Source: Nemertoderma westbladi (Eukaryota > Animalia > Xenacoelomorpha). From it: a DNA stretch of 64,000 nucleotides. Positions 13,665 to 27,979 of this stretch are shown piece after piece (the stretch's first letter is position 1; each line of letters begins with the position of its first letter). Where the stretch lies: assembly GCA_032718475.1 (NCBI GenBank), contig JAUCBJ010003535.1, forward strand, positions 1 through 64,000, in the 5' to 3' direction. The position numbers and the translations under genes were made by a program. Below the pieces are notes generated by a model. It was given only the letters and a program-made list of their open reading frames with translations, did no database searches and was not told where the DNA came from.

Positions 13665-13858
13665 CCACCTTGTCGTTGCGGATAAATCCGTTGTCTTGAA
13701 TTCAGATCTCTCTGGGGTCGTGGGTTCGATCCCGGTATGGGACCCAGGGTAGTTTTCGGTTCGAATGCTTTAAAAGGACTGTCTAGAGGGTGAATATCAT
13801 ATCTGCCTTACATCCTTAACTGGTAGCTAAACGAATTCTGGAGTTTCTTCTGGAGAGG
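13665..13858 (+). mobile_element. tRNA-derived SINE, 5' part (related 3' fragment at about 14453-14570)
   Basis: B-box GGTTCGATCCC; body similar to 23785-24067. Confidence 0.6.
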
Positions 13859-15614
13859 CTTTGATAAATTAATATTATCCCCTTCTACTACTGTACACGT
13901 ACAGTAAGTCGAGCGAGCTCGGAATTTATTATAAAAAAAAACAATAATTAAGCACCACAGCATTTCAAGTATAACTATCGTCTACATAACATGCCGCCAT
14001 GCACCGAGGCTAACATTCCTACTTATTTCATTTGCATTCGCAGGTCAAATCCAATTTATTTATTTAAAAGTGCCGACACCGCCTGGGGTTGGTTTGTAAG
14101 CGGTGTATTCTGGCCCAGACCCCATAAAGGTCTCACCACTAGAGCTTCTTATATACTGCTAGTCGCTTATAGGCCCGTGCTTCAGGATGAATTACATTAC
14201 AAGTGTCTAGAATGGTGTTTGGAAATATGCGGTCATCTCTCCCTCTCTCAAGGGGAAATTCGATAACAGCTGATTACTCTCAACAATAAAACTGTAACCT
14301 GTTCTATTGTGTTTAGTTTATGGTTTTGGTTAAAATAACGTGACACTGTAACCTGCTCCTTTCCCTAAATTGAGAATTTAACATTGAGGCGGGATATTAA
14401 TTCGCCAAGATGGGATTTGCGTCCAGTCCCCCCCCCCCCCCCTGTCTCTAAATTGTAGCTAAATGAGTAATTGTGTTTCCATTGGGGAGTATAGTTCTGG
14501 GGGAACCACATATAGTTCTATTTGTGCGTAATCCCTGGCCGGCCTAATGGCCGAAGAAAACTTGACTTATCTTATAAAATAGCATTGCAAAAACAAAATA
14601 CCCTAAACTAATTAATAGACTATTTAGTAATATTAATATGGATATTATTTTAAATTCATGATGACCGGAAACCAGCTGTTACTTGAATTCTCAATAGCAA
14701 TATTTTATAAATATGAATTATCATATCCCTCCTCATTCATTTAAATCCCCCCATAACATTGCAGGATACAACGATAGTATCAAGCTGTTTATACATTATT
14801 AATGTGAATCCTGATGTTATTGGGGTCATAATATTCATAAATTCCTGCACCTGCACCTGAACCCTATTAATTCACGTAGGTTCAAGTTGTGACTACTTAT
14901 TAGCTCTCCCTGTACATCTTTTTCGCGAGTGAGTTAATTAATTTATTATCCATTATATTATTTAGGCAACGTTATGGAAAATACCAATAGACTAGAACAT
15001 AGAATACCAATACCAATATTAAATTGATAGAAGGCAGCCCACCATCTTAATAGGTGATCTCTAACCTAAATAAATGATAAATGTATGAAAAATATACCGG
15101 GCGATAATGCAGGACTCTGTTACAAGGATGCTATTGCCTCTAGCCACCAAGCACCAGTAACTCAACAACCGTAACAACCAATCACTACTTCGACTATTAT
15201 GTGTCGAGCTCCTTAGTCAATTGTGCAGAGTAAGACTAGTAAGACCCCCTTACGGTTTTTTCTTATTTTGGACATGCCTCCATTGTGGTTGAAAGAAGGG
15301 ATAGAAAACGATATACCATCGAAAAGATAATCATCAAAAGTAGGGCCTACATAAAAATTTGAAAAATAAATTTTTAGCACCCCCTAGCGGCCTCCGTGAG
15401 ATGTTAAAAATTTTACTAAAAAGACTATGTATATTATCCGTTATTTTCTATTTTCATTTTCCGCTACATATTTTTTGAAACCAGCATGTTCATTTTATAA
15501 TCTTTTTCACGCACTTGAATCTCTATAAAAATGGCGGGAAATTCAAATTTAAATTTTTGCATACATACATACATACATAACTTATAATAATACATAATAC
15601 ATGCATATGCATGT

Positions 15615-17080
15615 TTTTAATAATAGTTGGATCCAAGCGCCCCGCCCACTCTCGTGACACCTCTGATTACTAATTACTCTTACCTATATCCAGCAGTCTG
15701 CAGTTCCATAGTCTGCCGCTAGAGGGCGTAATATCTGAAAATTAACATCGCTAACTTTGTTATTTTCATTCTGACTAGGTTTAAACTCGTTAGGCATCTA
15801 CTATATCATAGGCTATATCTTTAAAGAGTCGCAGAGTAGTCTGAAGTTCTACAGTCTGCCGCTAGAGGGTGAAATGTCTCAAAGTGAAAACCTGATCTCA
15901 TTTGAATGTTTTTAATAGATTCGGATTTAATTTTAATTTTTAATTAGTATTTTTAATTTAATTTAAATTTTAATTTAATTCGGATTAAGACTCGGATTTA
16001 AGACATGAGGCACTCCTAAATCATCGAGTTTTAGGTTTGAGCCACAGACTATGCCTCACTGAGACATAGACTATGCCTCACTGAGGCAGTGAGGCACAGA
16101 CCATGCCTCACTGAGGCACAGACTATGTCTCACTGAGGCACTGAGGCACAGACTATGCCTAATGAGGCACAGACTATGCCTCAGTGAGGCATAGTCTGTG
16201 CCTCAATGAGGCATAGTCTGTGACTCAGTGAGGCATAGTCTTTGCCTCAGTGAGGCATAGTCTGTGCCTCAGTGAGGCATAGTCTGTGCCTCAGTGAGGC
16301 ATAGTCTGTGCCTCAGTGTGGCATATCATGTGCCTCAGTGAGGCATAGCCTGTGCCTCAGTGAGGCATAGTCTGTGCTTCCGTGGGGCATAGTTTGTGCC
16401 TTAGTGAGGCATAGTCTGTGCCTCAGTGAGGCATAGTCTGTGCCTCAGTGAGGCATAGTCTGTGTCTCAGTGAGGCATAGTCTGTGGCTCAAACCTTAAA
16501 CTCGAGGCTTTAGGAGTGCCTCAGGTCTTAAATCCGAGTCTTTAGCGGCAGACTGGAGAACTGCGGGTCGATCAACCTCCTCGGTAAAGTATAGCCTATG
16601 CCATAGAAGATGTCTACCAAGTTTCAGCCTAAATGGTTTAAAAACAATCAAATGAGATCAGGTTTTCACTTTGAGACATTTCACCCTCTAGCGGCAGACT
16701 GTGGAAATTCAGACTACTCTTTAAAGATATAGCCTTTGATATAGTAGATGCCTAACGAGTTTAAACCTAAGCGGATTGTAAATAACAAATTTACAGAAGA
16801 TGTTAATTTTCAAATAATATGCCCTCTAGCGGCAGACTGGGGAACTTCAGACTACTCTGCGACTCCGTAAAAGATATAGCCTATGCCGTAGTAGATGCCT
16901 ACCGAGTTTAAACGTAATTGGAATGAAAATAACAAAGTTAGAGAAGATGTTAATTTTTAGATAATACGCCCTCTAGCGGCAAACTATGGAACTGCAGACG
17001 GCTGGATATAGGTAAGAGTAGTTAGTAATCAGAGGTGTCACGAGAGGGGGCGTGGCGCTTGGATCCAACTATTATTAAAA
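15615..17080. repeat. Long imperfect palindrome with central inverted 20-bp tandem arrays (GCACAGACTATGCCTCACTGAG-type)
   Basis: The arm starting TTTTAATAATAGTTGGATCCAAGCGCC at 15615 mirrors the arm ending at 17080. The array switches orientation near 16180, and the right arm has extra ~145-bp subrepeats. Confidence 0.85.
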
Positions 17081-17175
17081 ACCTGTTGCTTGGTTAAAGC
17101 TAATTGGGGGTCAAAGGTCAACGATAAAGCTGTCTGGATAAGAGTAATTAGTTACCAGTAAGGGAGCTGTATACC

Positions 17176-17759
17176 TAAATAAAGGATACTTTGAATACGT
17201 AAGGAAAAGGCATGGGCAGCCTTGAATAGGCTTTCCAGGATTTGGAAGTCACCGATAATTAATCGGAAACTTAAGGTCCGATTATTTAGAGCAGCAGTAG
17301 TTCCAGTACTCCTTACGGGAGTCCATGCTGGGCTCTAACTGCTGAGGACACCAAATCTCTGGATGGCACATTCACAAGAATGCTACGCCGGGTTCATTGT
17401 GTCAAGTACAATGCACACATCTCCAACCAGACCCTATATAACATTGGAGGTGTCTCATTGGTTCCCCCAAGCTTGACACTAGAACAAAATCGCCTCCGCT
17501 TTGCAGGACATTGCTTTCGCCGTGAGGACCAGCCAGTGCATAATCTTGTACTTTGGCAGCCTCATGGAGTGAATAAGCATGGTGGACAGCCCATGACTTT
17601 CTTGAGACGCATCTTAAAGGACACTGGCCTTGAAGATGCGGATGATCTAGCAAATGTCATGGGTGATAGGGAGTTGTGGCGGTGCAATTTTGTTGACAAG
17701 CCGGTACAGCATTCTTAAAAATGCAGCTGCAATGCAGCATGCCGATCCTAGTAGTAGTA
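17176..17759 (+). mobile_element. 5'-truncated RTE-clade LINE
   Basis: Frameshifted C-terminal ORF2 (LSRIWKS..KVRLFRAAV..RMLRR..NRLRFAGHCFRR..DRELWR), (TAG)n tail, and TSD GAGCTGTATACC at 17164-17175 and 17760-17771. Confidence 0.88.
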
Positions 17760-17968
17760 GAGCTGTATACCATAGGGCTAAGTATAACGAGATGAAAGTC
17801 AATGAGGTCATTTAGAAAGTAATGGCGGTGCAATTTTGTTGACAAGCCGGTACAGCATTCTTAAAAATGCAGCTGCAATGCAGCATGCCGATCCTAGTAG
17901 TAGTAGAGCTGTATACCATAGGGCTAAGTATAACGAGATGAAAGTCAATGAGGTCATTTAGAAAGTAA
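17677..17968. repeat. Perfect 146-bp tandem duplication spanning the LINE 3' junction
   Basis: 17677-17822 equals 17823-17968. Confidence 0.9.
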
Positions 17969-19820
17969 TATATAAAACTAATTATTGGTAAATCTAAAAA
18001 GGGTCTAATTAGCCTAATTGTGAAGTGTCACCCAGACAGTCTGGCGCCAATGACACCCAATGACACCCTATGGGTGCTACGACTCATCGTTGAGTCATGA
18101 GTGTGGTCGGACTGTCGCCGAGAGGAGCAAACCTTTACTACTCATATATAAAAACAACACTCTTTTAATCCTACAAAATTGTGGACCCTAAAAAGGTAAA
18201 GCCCCCCTTAACTCCAAGAAGATCACATTTTATGCATGAGACATGACACATCATTAAAAAATATTAAATTGTCGGCGAATGGTTTAGATTCTCGGCGCCT
18301 TGTTTAGATTTCGGTTTAGATTTCGGCCAAGATTTCGGATTAGATATCTACAAGCCCAAATCGAAGCCGAAATCGACGCCGAAATCTAGGCAGAAATCTA
18401 TGCCAACTGTAGAGTCGAATTACACACTATGGTACTGCGGTACCATAGTGCTGTACTGGTAACAGGGAAACACAGGCTGACAAGAAAACAAAACTGCAGC
18501 TGTAGGACTTCCCTCCAAAATTTCCGCTTAGATTTCGGCCTAGATTTCAGCTTAGATTTCAGCCTAGATTTCGGCTTTGATAATAACCTTGTTTTGGATT
18601 GTATTTAAGAGGTAGTAATATTTAAAATATATGAAACTAATTAGAGACCAATATCTAAGCCTTCTGCATGTTCTAGAGTGTTGGAGTCATGTAATTCAGA
18701 TAATATTTCTAGTTGTGATAAATTGGAAAAAAACCAATTTGGTTTTTGTGGCTCGGCACTGAAATTTGTATTTTCGCATTGAGGGGGGGGGGGGGGGGGG
18801 GGGGGGAGGACCCCCAATTTGAACCTCACATTTTTGGTCTCTGGACCATAAAATTGGGTTAAAAATTTTTTTTTTCTTGCTACAAAACATCGTCTGGACT
18901 GTGAAAGAATAACCAAACCAAATATTTTTAAAATTGGAACCAAAATGGCTCCGTAATGGCAAAAAGTGCCATTTTGCGCCAAAGGCTACGCCAGAGTGGT
19001 GAGGGTTGGATCCCGATTGGTATCAACAATAAAGTATATAATATATCAGGTCAGTATATATTATCACAACTAGTCTGATACCAGCAAACACAGACTGCAT
19101 GGCCGGTACCGATAATGGTACACGGAGGTAAGAAAGGTACGTAACTATGCTGATGTACAGGGTAAGATAGTGCTGCCATGTGACACAGTCAGACTGAGGC
19201 CCCTCCGACAATGCGGTACCTGTTCGGCCTTAGGTCTATATCCACTATAATATATATATGCTAGACCTTAACGTCTGGCGTATACGCTAGACCTAAGGTC
19301 TGGAGCTTTTTCTCTACCAATATTTGGATTTTTGGAGTATTGAGAAAGGTATTCTTAACAATTGTACCAAATTTCAACTCATGTCAGTTAAAATTGGCGG
19401 ATAAATATACTTTTTCATGAAAAAACGTCATTCTGAGATATGGGTGTTAAGTTTAAGGAACAATTCGAACCTTCCCGCTATTTTAGATAATACCATTTTT
19501 CTATGTTCAACAATAACTTTGTCAAAAGTGAATGAAATTCAACGACATTTTTCATCTTTGGTAAACATATAACTAGAAAAACAACTTTCTGGCAATTTTA
19601 TTAATATCTGTACCGTAAGAGCCTTTTTTATGAAAAGGGCCCCGTACAATTGTAAGTATAGTGCTGCTTGAAGGCTTGTCAAAAATCAGACTAGCTCTTA
19701 CGTTTTGGGTAATAACTTGAGTTTGAGAAAAGATATGAGAAAACTGCTCGCATATTTGAGATCTCCATTAAATTGGGCACATGAAAGAATAAAAAAGTTT
19801 TTTGTCAATTTCCAAAATAG

Positions 19821-21760
19821 GGGGGTGCAGACAGTGGTGTAGATACTAGTGCAGACAGTGGTGCAGACACCTGGTGCAGACAGTGGTGCAGACAGTGGTG
19901 CAGACAGTGGTGCAGACAAAGGTGCAGACAGTGGTGCAAACACTGGTGCAGACAGTGGTGCAGACACTGGTGCAGACAGTGGTGCAGACAGTGGTGCAGA
20001 CACTGGTGCAGACAGCTGGTGCAGACAGTGGTGCAGACAGTGGTGCAGACACTGAGTGCAGACAGTGGTGCAGACACTGGTGCAGACAGTGGTGCAGACA
20101 GTGGTGCAGACACTGGTGAAAATACTGAAATACCAGAGTACCACAAAACACAATACCACCAGGCACTATTATATTATATTTTATCATAGACTTTATTATC
20201 TACAAATATGCGAGTAACTACTGAAATGTTCTACATGAAGTAGGCAGGAAGTATGTAGTACAAGTCGGGGTGCGTGGGGGTGAATGTGCCCTGATTACAA
20301 ATAATTATAAGTGGTGTGTACGAAAGTAATTAATCGGTATTCCCGTTTTCATATAAACAATAATGTATACAAACTGTGAGCACCATGCAGCAATGTCTCC
20401 AAGGAATGAGGCTTAAGCGACAGTGTTTGATTGTTTATGCATGAACTACTTTATACAGAGTATGTTTAATTTCACTGCTTATTAATAAAACGAGCTAATC
20501 AAGTTATTGTCTCATGATGCTCAGTCGTCAGTCTGACTTGTTGGCTACTAAATTCAAATGTAATTGTTATTATCGACATTCAATAAATAATAAGTATTAA
20601 CACTTCTTATTATAACTGTAATGTAGTTCTGTATAAAAAGCCGTATCACTGTCGAGTTTGAAGAAAAGGTGATGGAAATGTGTGGGTCTTGGGACACATT
20701 AGAACTGGAAGTCAAACAAGTAGCTTCATTCTCTAGCTAGGTTAAATTGTATTTATATATTTATAATTAAATGCAATTTAAATTCGTTATATATTGAACT
20801 GAATCTATAAGATGGGGGGGGGGGGGGTGGGGGGGGCTTAGACGCAGTAAAAATTAGACGCAAATAACAGCTGCTGATTACTCCCAAAAATAAAGCTGGA
20901 ACCTGTTCTATTGAGTTTCGTTTAATGTTTTGGTTAGAATAATGTGTCACTGTTAACTCACGCTCGAACATGCGACGGTGTCTGCACCTGGTGTCTGCAC
21001 CAGGTAGCTGAACCAAGTGTATGCGCCAGTGTCTGCACCACTGTCTGCACCACTATTTGCACCACTGTCTGCGCCACAATCTGCACCACTGTCTACACCA
21101 CTGTCTGTACCACTGTATGCACTAGTGTCTGCACCATTACCTGCACCAGGTGTCTGCGCCAGTGTCTGCACCACTGTCTGCACCACTGTCTGCACCACTG
21201 TCTACACCACTGTCTGCACCACTGTCTGCACTAATGTCTACACCACTGTCTGCACCACTGTCTGCACCACTGTCTGCACCAGTGTTTGCATCACTGTATG
21301 TACCTCTGTCTGCACCACTGTCTGCACCACTGTCTACACCACTGTCTACACCACTGTCTGCACTACTGTCTGCACCAGTGTTTGCGCCAGTGTCTGCACC
21401 ACTGTCTGTACGACTGTCTGTACCACTGTCTGCACCACTCCATGCACCACTGTCTGCACCATTGTCTGCACCACTGTCTGCACAACTGTATGCACCACTG
21501 TCTGCACCACTGTCTGCACCATTGTCTGCAACACTGTCTGCACCACAATCTGCACCACTGTCTACACCAGTGTCTGCACCACTGTCTGCACCACTATCTG
21601 CACCAGTGTCTGCACCACTGTCTGCACCACTGTCTGCACCACTATCTGCACTACTGTCTGTACCACTGTCTGCACCAATATCTGCACTACTGTTTGCACC
21701 ACTATCTGCACCAATGTCTGCACCACTGTCTGCACCAGTGTCTGCTTAACGTTTACACCC
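19821..21760. mobile_element. Foldback-type element with inverted 12-bp arrays (TGCACCACTGTC)n; left terminus damaged
   Basis: Arrays at 19825-20116 and 20980-21745 are in opposite orientation. The right end TGTCTGCTTAACGTTTACACCC matches the 46224-47621 copy; no TSD found. Confidence 0.75.
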
Positions 21761-23784
21761 CCGAAAAACGCGTTTAGACTGATATACCTTTTCTCACTGC
21801 TGAACTCTACAAATGGTACTCATTTGGGAACGCCATGAGGTTTTAATTGATTATTTAAAAAAAACTTACGTTGGACAAATTTCATGGATTTGTATTATTT
21901 TGTATTGTTTATGTATTTATATATGGTAATTATTTATCTATCCGTATTTAGTAAAGGTTAAAGTTTGAATTTACTGGTTCTAGTCTGTGCGATTTTGGAC
22001 AATCTATTTTTATCAATAGATATAATATCTATATATCTATACAGGTTATAAGACAGAAATAAGCGATACAAACCACATAATAAGGATAAATTTGGGAAAA
22101 ATACAAATTCTTCATATAAAATCCCAGTAGAATTTCGAGTGAAAACCTGGTATTCTTCACATGGGCGCAAATGTCACCTACCAAATATCAAGAAATTAGA
22201 CTCTCGTTGACTTGAATTATATTCGTGCAAAATTTGAACTATGCAACTTGACAACAACATATAAATTCCAGAAAGACATTTTATTACATTCAGTAAACTC
22301 TACTCATATAATATTCATATCTAATAACCAAAGTAACATATTTAAGAAGTTTCTAAGGAAATATTATAAAACAAGTGCCATAAATAGGAAATAGATTAAT
22401 TAATATGCCCACGTTAATTTTAGCAATCGGGCCGCCTCTGCATGACCTTTAGTATTAGTATACTTTGGTAGGACCTCCACGTTTTTCTGTGCTTACTTTT
22501 AATTTGCGAATGAAATAAATTATCAGATTTTTATGTTCAAAATAACAAATAATTATAAATTTAATTTCCCGTCTACAATACGTTGTTATGTAAAATAACA
22601 CGATAACTCCAAGAAGCCCATCTCCCGTTAGTCAACTTTTAGATTCTCCAATCATCAATATTCATATTGTTGTGGTTGTGACTTGTAAATCATATTCTTG
22701 TTGGTTTTCAAGAACAACGTGTTGCCGCCGAGAATTTCTATCGTTGCCCGGCGCCCCTTTATTTATTGAGTATGACAGATATGCGTCGATACGTTGTTGT
22801 TGTTTCCAGTTCAATATTCCAATAATAGCAGTGCCAAGATTTGCAACATAGTATTTGGCTTGCGTGTTCCATTCCTATAACCCATCCCAACTCTATAAAG
22901 AGAGGGCCCCGCCTGGTATTTGTGACAAATGTCAATTGATCACCGTTTACTATACAGTACGGCACAATTATTGATATCTTCATAATTAGGTTGTGTATGA
23001 CAGGACAGATATAATAAGTAGGTTGCTAAGTAAACACATGTTGCTATTCTCCAATTCCTCTTGTTATTCAATAATTTAATTCCATAATTAATTACAACTG
23101 TAGTTCTTTATTACAAAGAATAACAGACATGAAGTGTGGTGCATTATTTCGGTGACGGCCCCAACCGCATGGACATCCTGAACATTTTTAAACGAATACT
23201 ATAAACATTATATTTTTCGCGGTAATTTGGCGAATACATCAAGATTTAATTATTTTTATTTAAACTCCTTCGATTACAACTGTTTTTTATTACCAACAAT
23301 GACTCGTTTTTTTATCGTATTCATATATACATATTTTTTATCGTATTCATTTATAGTGTTTGTAAACTGTACGTCGATTACATCCTATACTGTAAGCGCG
23401 TAGAACACAGCGTATTGGCGCTATATAAATACTTATTAAATAAGTATTATTATAGAAGTAGGTTTGGCTTGTTTCCATGGCATATCCATCATGGTGAACC
23501 CGTATTATTAAACTGTAAGATAGGCCTTATTTGATAGAAAATTTATTAGTTTTGATATATAATTAATTTAAACGTTTAAATGTTATTCTAAAATATTTTG
23601 TGATAAATGTGACACTGCTGGTGTTATAATTGTTTTGCTACTACAGTTTGTACATCTATAATTTTAGATTAATTAACGTACGTCCGAGGGACTTTCGACG
23701 CAATCTTCATCCTTCTCCATGTGAAAATCGACGCTAATGTGACGTCATCGTAACCCTAAATAGGCTGTTCTACCACTACACCAT

Positions 23785-24067
23785 GGTCACACCTTGGTGT
23801 AGTTGTTGCATTGAATTCACATCTACTGTAGGTCGTGGGTTCGATCCCAGCATGGGGGCCAGCGCAGTTTTCGTTTCGACACGAATGCTTTGAAGGGGCC
23901 AGCCAGCGTACCTTACATCATTAAGTGGTAGCTAAATTACTACCGGTACTGGAGTTTCCTCTGGGGAGTAAAGTTCTGGGGGGATCGCACTGGAAATAAG
24001 TCGTCAGTCTTTGTGCGTAATCCCTGGTCTAACGGCCGAAGAAAATTTACTTCACTTTTACTTTTAT
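23785..24067 (+). mobile_element. tRNA-derived SINE, near full length
   Basis: A-box-like TGGTGTAGTTG, B-box GGTTCGATCCC, body and GGCCGAAGAAAA tail shared with 13665-14570, simple-repeat end. Confidence 0.65.
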
Positions 24068-25337
24068 CAGCATTAGTATATTATTTTAGCTTGAATAACG
24101 TGCCACTGCAACCTGCTCCTTTCCCTTAATTAATAATTTAACATTGAGGCGAGATATTAATTAGTTGAGATGCGATTAGGACCCCCCCCCCCCCCTCCCC
24201 TCCCTATCTGACCTAAACTCTACTTTATTTTTAATTTATAATAAATTATGTTAATTACGCCATGATATTGGCAGACCCAGGAAAATTAAAATCATAAAAT
24301 TATATATAAATATGAAGCTAAAATTTAAAATTTTATGTTTATTAATAGACTATACATTCATTCTTTAAAGTATATATATAACTTACTACTTACTATTCGA
24401 CGCACTATTTCTTAGAAACATCAATAATAGATAATATGTTATGTACTGCATCGTAGTATATAGAGTGTGTAGTGTGCAAATAATGGCTATGTTAGTTGTG
24501 TGAATAGTATTGCGTGCCCATTTATTTACCTACTAAGTCTGCTCTATTGATTGTGAGAGTTGATAGAAATTACGTCTTCTGTTCTCAACCTAAAGGTTTC
24601 ATTTCTGAACTCCAGTTCGCTTACTGGGAATACGAATCTAAATTTAAATATAGGTTTACTTATTAGTGATTGAATTGCTTAATTATAACTACATTGAACC
24701 TTTATAAGAATTAATATATGTTAACACTTTATTAAATGTTAAACTATAGTCTGTATGACTCCTACTGTTTGTGACTGTTCTAGTTGTAGCATTGTAATAT
24801 TTATTACGAAATAAAAACATTACCAAATATATTTTGTGATGATAGCAACTAAGTCAAGTCTTTCACTGCTTAGTTATTTAAGAGGATGTTACCCGGTTTC
24901 CATAGCAACTCGACACCATATCTCCACCCAGTGAAACGGATTAGTGCACCCCTAGATGAACGTTGTCAGGAGACCGCTAGACTACCAGAGAGACCACGGG
25001 GTAATCACTACATTATAGATTCCAGTGGGGACTCAGATACAGACAGTGAGGCTAGCGTCATAGAGATAATTAAAGTGAGCCTCCAGCAGCCTAACAAGCA
25101 AACCAACCCTAGCGATGTTCGTAATAATGTAGAAGAAACTGGTACAGTTGTTGGAGAAGAACAATTCAATAGTACCTTTAATAGGTGAGACAATTAATAT
25201 AATATTAATAATATAAATAAATCACGACAAAACAAAATTTTGTAATAGAATAAACTCGTTTTTCTAGTTTTTCAATTGTAGTTGCGAAATGTTATACTGT
25301 GCCTTGTGTTCTGTCAGTTTGATTTAGTTATTATGTG

Positions 25338-26617
25338 TGTTCGCGCTTTCAGACCTTTGGCAGTTTAACCCACCAAATTAAGATGTCTTCTAGATATTAA
25401 ATCTGTTTTTTAGTCTATGACAAGTATTTGATTCACTACACTAGTCGAAACCAATCCGTGCGCGACCATTCACCCGCTGGATATTCCCGGGAGATTGGGT
25501 TCGACGGTTTAATTTTATTGCTATGTAAGCCTAATGTATTATTCGACTGACAGTACTATATAATCTCTGACAATATTATTCACCTTCGGTAATATTAACA
25601 GTTCCTTTAGGACGTGGCGCTTTATCTATATAAACAGAGTTATGACTTAAACTACTCACAACGATATGGCTTAATTATAATTCACATATATGGCGCATTC
25701 TTTAGGAATTGCTTCTTTAACAGACTCACTCATACACAATGCTGCACAATACTGCACACTAATCTGCCAATCTTCACTGATTTTAGTCACATATAAAAGG
25801 AACACAGACTGACTCATGTAGGGTCTATCAAATAACATTAGATTCACTTCAAACCACTTTAACATAAGTCACAATCGTTTATCTGTAACCCTTCTCTCTT
25901 ACCTTCGGTATATCAAGAATATTGGGTTTCGGGGTTATTTATCGTTATTCCAAATATAATTATTCGTCAACCATATTATGAAGAACTGACGGTAAATAGC
26001 AGTATAAAACAACAATGAAAACACTGATTGTTATGAGTTTGCAATGTTTCAGCAGTCAGCATGTATCATCAGTCAGCAGTGATTCCATGAGTTTGATCGG
26101 TATGTTAGTACCGGTATGTCAGCAGTGAGATATTTACAGTTAAAGGATATATGCCCTTTATAATTAAACCTACTAGTGTAAGACTAAAAAGCAGTACAGC
26201 ACAAAATACTTCCAAGCCGTTCTTTCTTTGGCTCAAGACTGAATGTAAACACTGCACATAGGCATTGCGTCATTTCTCGGAAATTTTCTGTACAAGGAGC
26301 CACAAAACGCTCTAATTGGCTGACTGAACTGAGAGACGCCGTAGAACAAAGGAAATCAACACGTATGAATGTCAGCTGTTAACCGTAGTCATAGTAACTA
26401 CTGTTCAAGAGTAGCTATCACCCCTTTGCGTCACGAATTGCCATAGAATCATAAAATATGCCTTTCACAGTACACATACGGAGGAAATAGGTCTTAGATC
26501 CTCTAAAAACACCGATACAGCAATAATACGGTCTCTTACACTTATTAAATCAACTACAGAGTATTTTAATGTAAAAGATAATAAAAATAACGGGGCAATT
26601 CAGCAAAGGCTTTTACA
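25338..26617 (-). repeat. 3' LTR of element B (1280 bp)
   Basis: Direct repeat of 35764-37044; by eye it differs only by one A in a homopolymer. Confidence 0.96.
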
Positions 26618-26627
26618 CCGCTCCCAG
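26618..26627 (-). promoter_or_regulatory. Polypurine tract
   Basis: Sense CTGGGAGCGG immediately before the 3' LTR TGTA; a short G-rich PPT as in BEL/Pao elements. Confidence 0.7.
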
Positions 26628-27673
26628 AAAATGGGATTTTCAGTCTATAAAATATAAAAATCACAGTTTCTAAAACATAAAGATACTCTAAACAGTTAGT
26701 CTTTCTTACGCAGACGGCGTTTACGCAGTTTTTTGAGGCTAGCAAGAGTCTTTTTCTCTTTGGGGGGAGCCACTTTACTAGGAGGGCCATAACTCCTGGG
26801 TGAAGGGTGCAATATGATTGCATTAGAAGGTTTGGGTTTACTGTCGGTGTCTCGTCCATTTCGATATGCTTCTCCTCGAGCTGATTTTCCTCCGCTTGTC
26901 ATGGGATACGTTCGTCCAAAACTCTCGCAGAGAATAGGGTTTTCTAAGCTTGATATCTTCTTTGAGATTCGAGGTTTCCCAATCGAACTGAGATAAGGCC
27001 AATTCGTTTATCGATTGGACTTACTGTGATAACTTACGTTTATCTGAACAAACGCAGGTTTCTTTTTTGATCTTTATAAAATAGCGTTTAACTCGTTTCG
27101 TACAACGCTCTCCTTCACCTTGATGAAGGGTTGTATCGCGTTAAACGGGACGACCATACGGTTGGATAGTGATATTAGGTGTCTGCGTCATAATCCAGCT
27201 AGGTAAGATGGGCGGCTAGCTAGAAATCACTGTCGGAGTGTTACCGATTAATTGTTAGGGTAGCACTAGATCTTTGAACAGTGAATACAGGCCGCGAGGA
27301 TCCGCGACACCACCAAGATCGCAGGTCTGAGGTCCAACTAAGGAATGAGGAGGTTTGACCGAGTATTCCGGGACTCTGATCGTAGGTTTACTCCAGGATC
27401 GTTCGAGCCGAGTGAGCATAGGTGATACGTCAACAAGTTTCGGTTTACATGGATGTTTATGTCTTTCCGTTTATTATTTGGGTCTAGGGCATTTATCGTA
27501 ATAATACCAAAGACGCACGTCTGGTAGGGTAAACGCGGGTGACATTTATTTGTTGTTACAATGCTTCTATCAAGAATTCCAAATATACTTTGGAGTTACC
27601 GCGTCCATTTGTTTCTTTAGTGTCTTTTCTTTCGAGCCGATTTCGAATAGAATTTTCGCATTCGAATTTCAGT

Positions 27674-27979
27674 TTATGGTTCCGACTCCGCTGGGCAGGA
27701 TATATAGTCGACATAGTCCGTATTGTGTAAATCGATAGGATGACCAGTAGTTAAGAAGACCATATACGTACCATTACGCTGCGTATATCGAGCAGCGAAT
27801 TTTCTATAGTCCAACTCGCGCGCGAGCTGCTCTTGGGACATTGGCGGTTCGATATAACGACCATCGTCCTCCGCAGCAGTTGGACTAACGTCGCCGCGTA
27901 TTAAGCTATCAACAAACGCTTGCAAAAGTAGAGTATATCGCTCCCCGATACCAAGACCATCTTCTATCAACTCCGTCAT
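27674..27979 (-). CDS. Putative accessory ORF2 (101 aa, unknown function) in the element 3' region
   Basis: Start MTELIED(G/D)LGI(G/R)ERYT and upstream TAGCAGAT are conserved in element A (ATG at 748) until the interruption at 703. No recognisable domain. Confidence 0.35.
   Translation of the reverse strand: MTELIEDGLGIGERYTLLLQAFVDSLIRGDVSPTAAEDDGRYIEPPMSQEQLARELDYRKFAARYTQRNGTYMVFLTTGHPIDLHNTDYVDYISCPAESEP

Noticed and set aside
19698-21838. Many repetitive ORFs (CLHH, SAPL, VCTT), also at 46165-47689
   Set aside because: These are stop-free translations of a 12-bp satellite in multiple frames, not genes.
22600-22990. Faint resemblance to a Merlin/ISXO2 transposase (WVIGME)
   Set aside because: Too degenerate; no catalytic motif or TIRs recovered.
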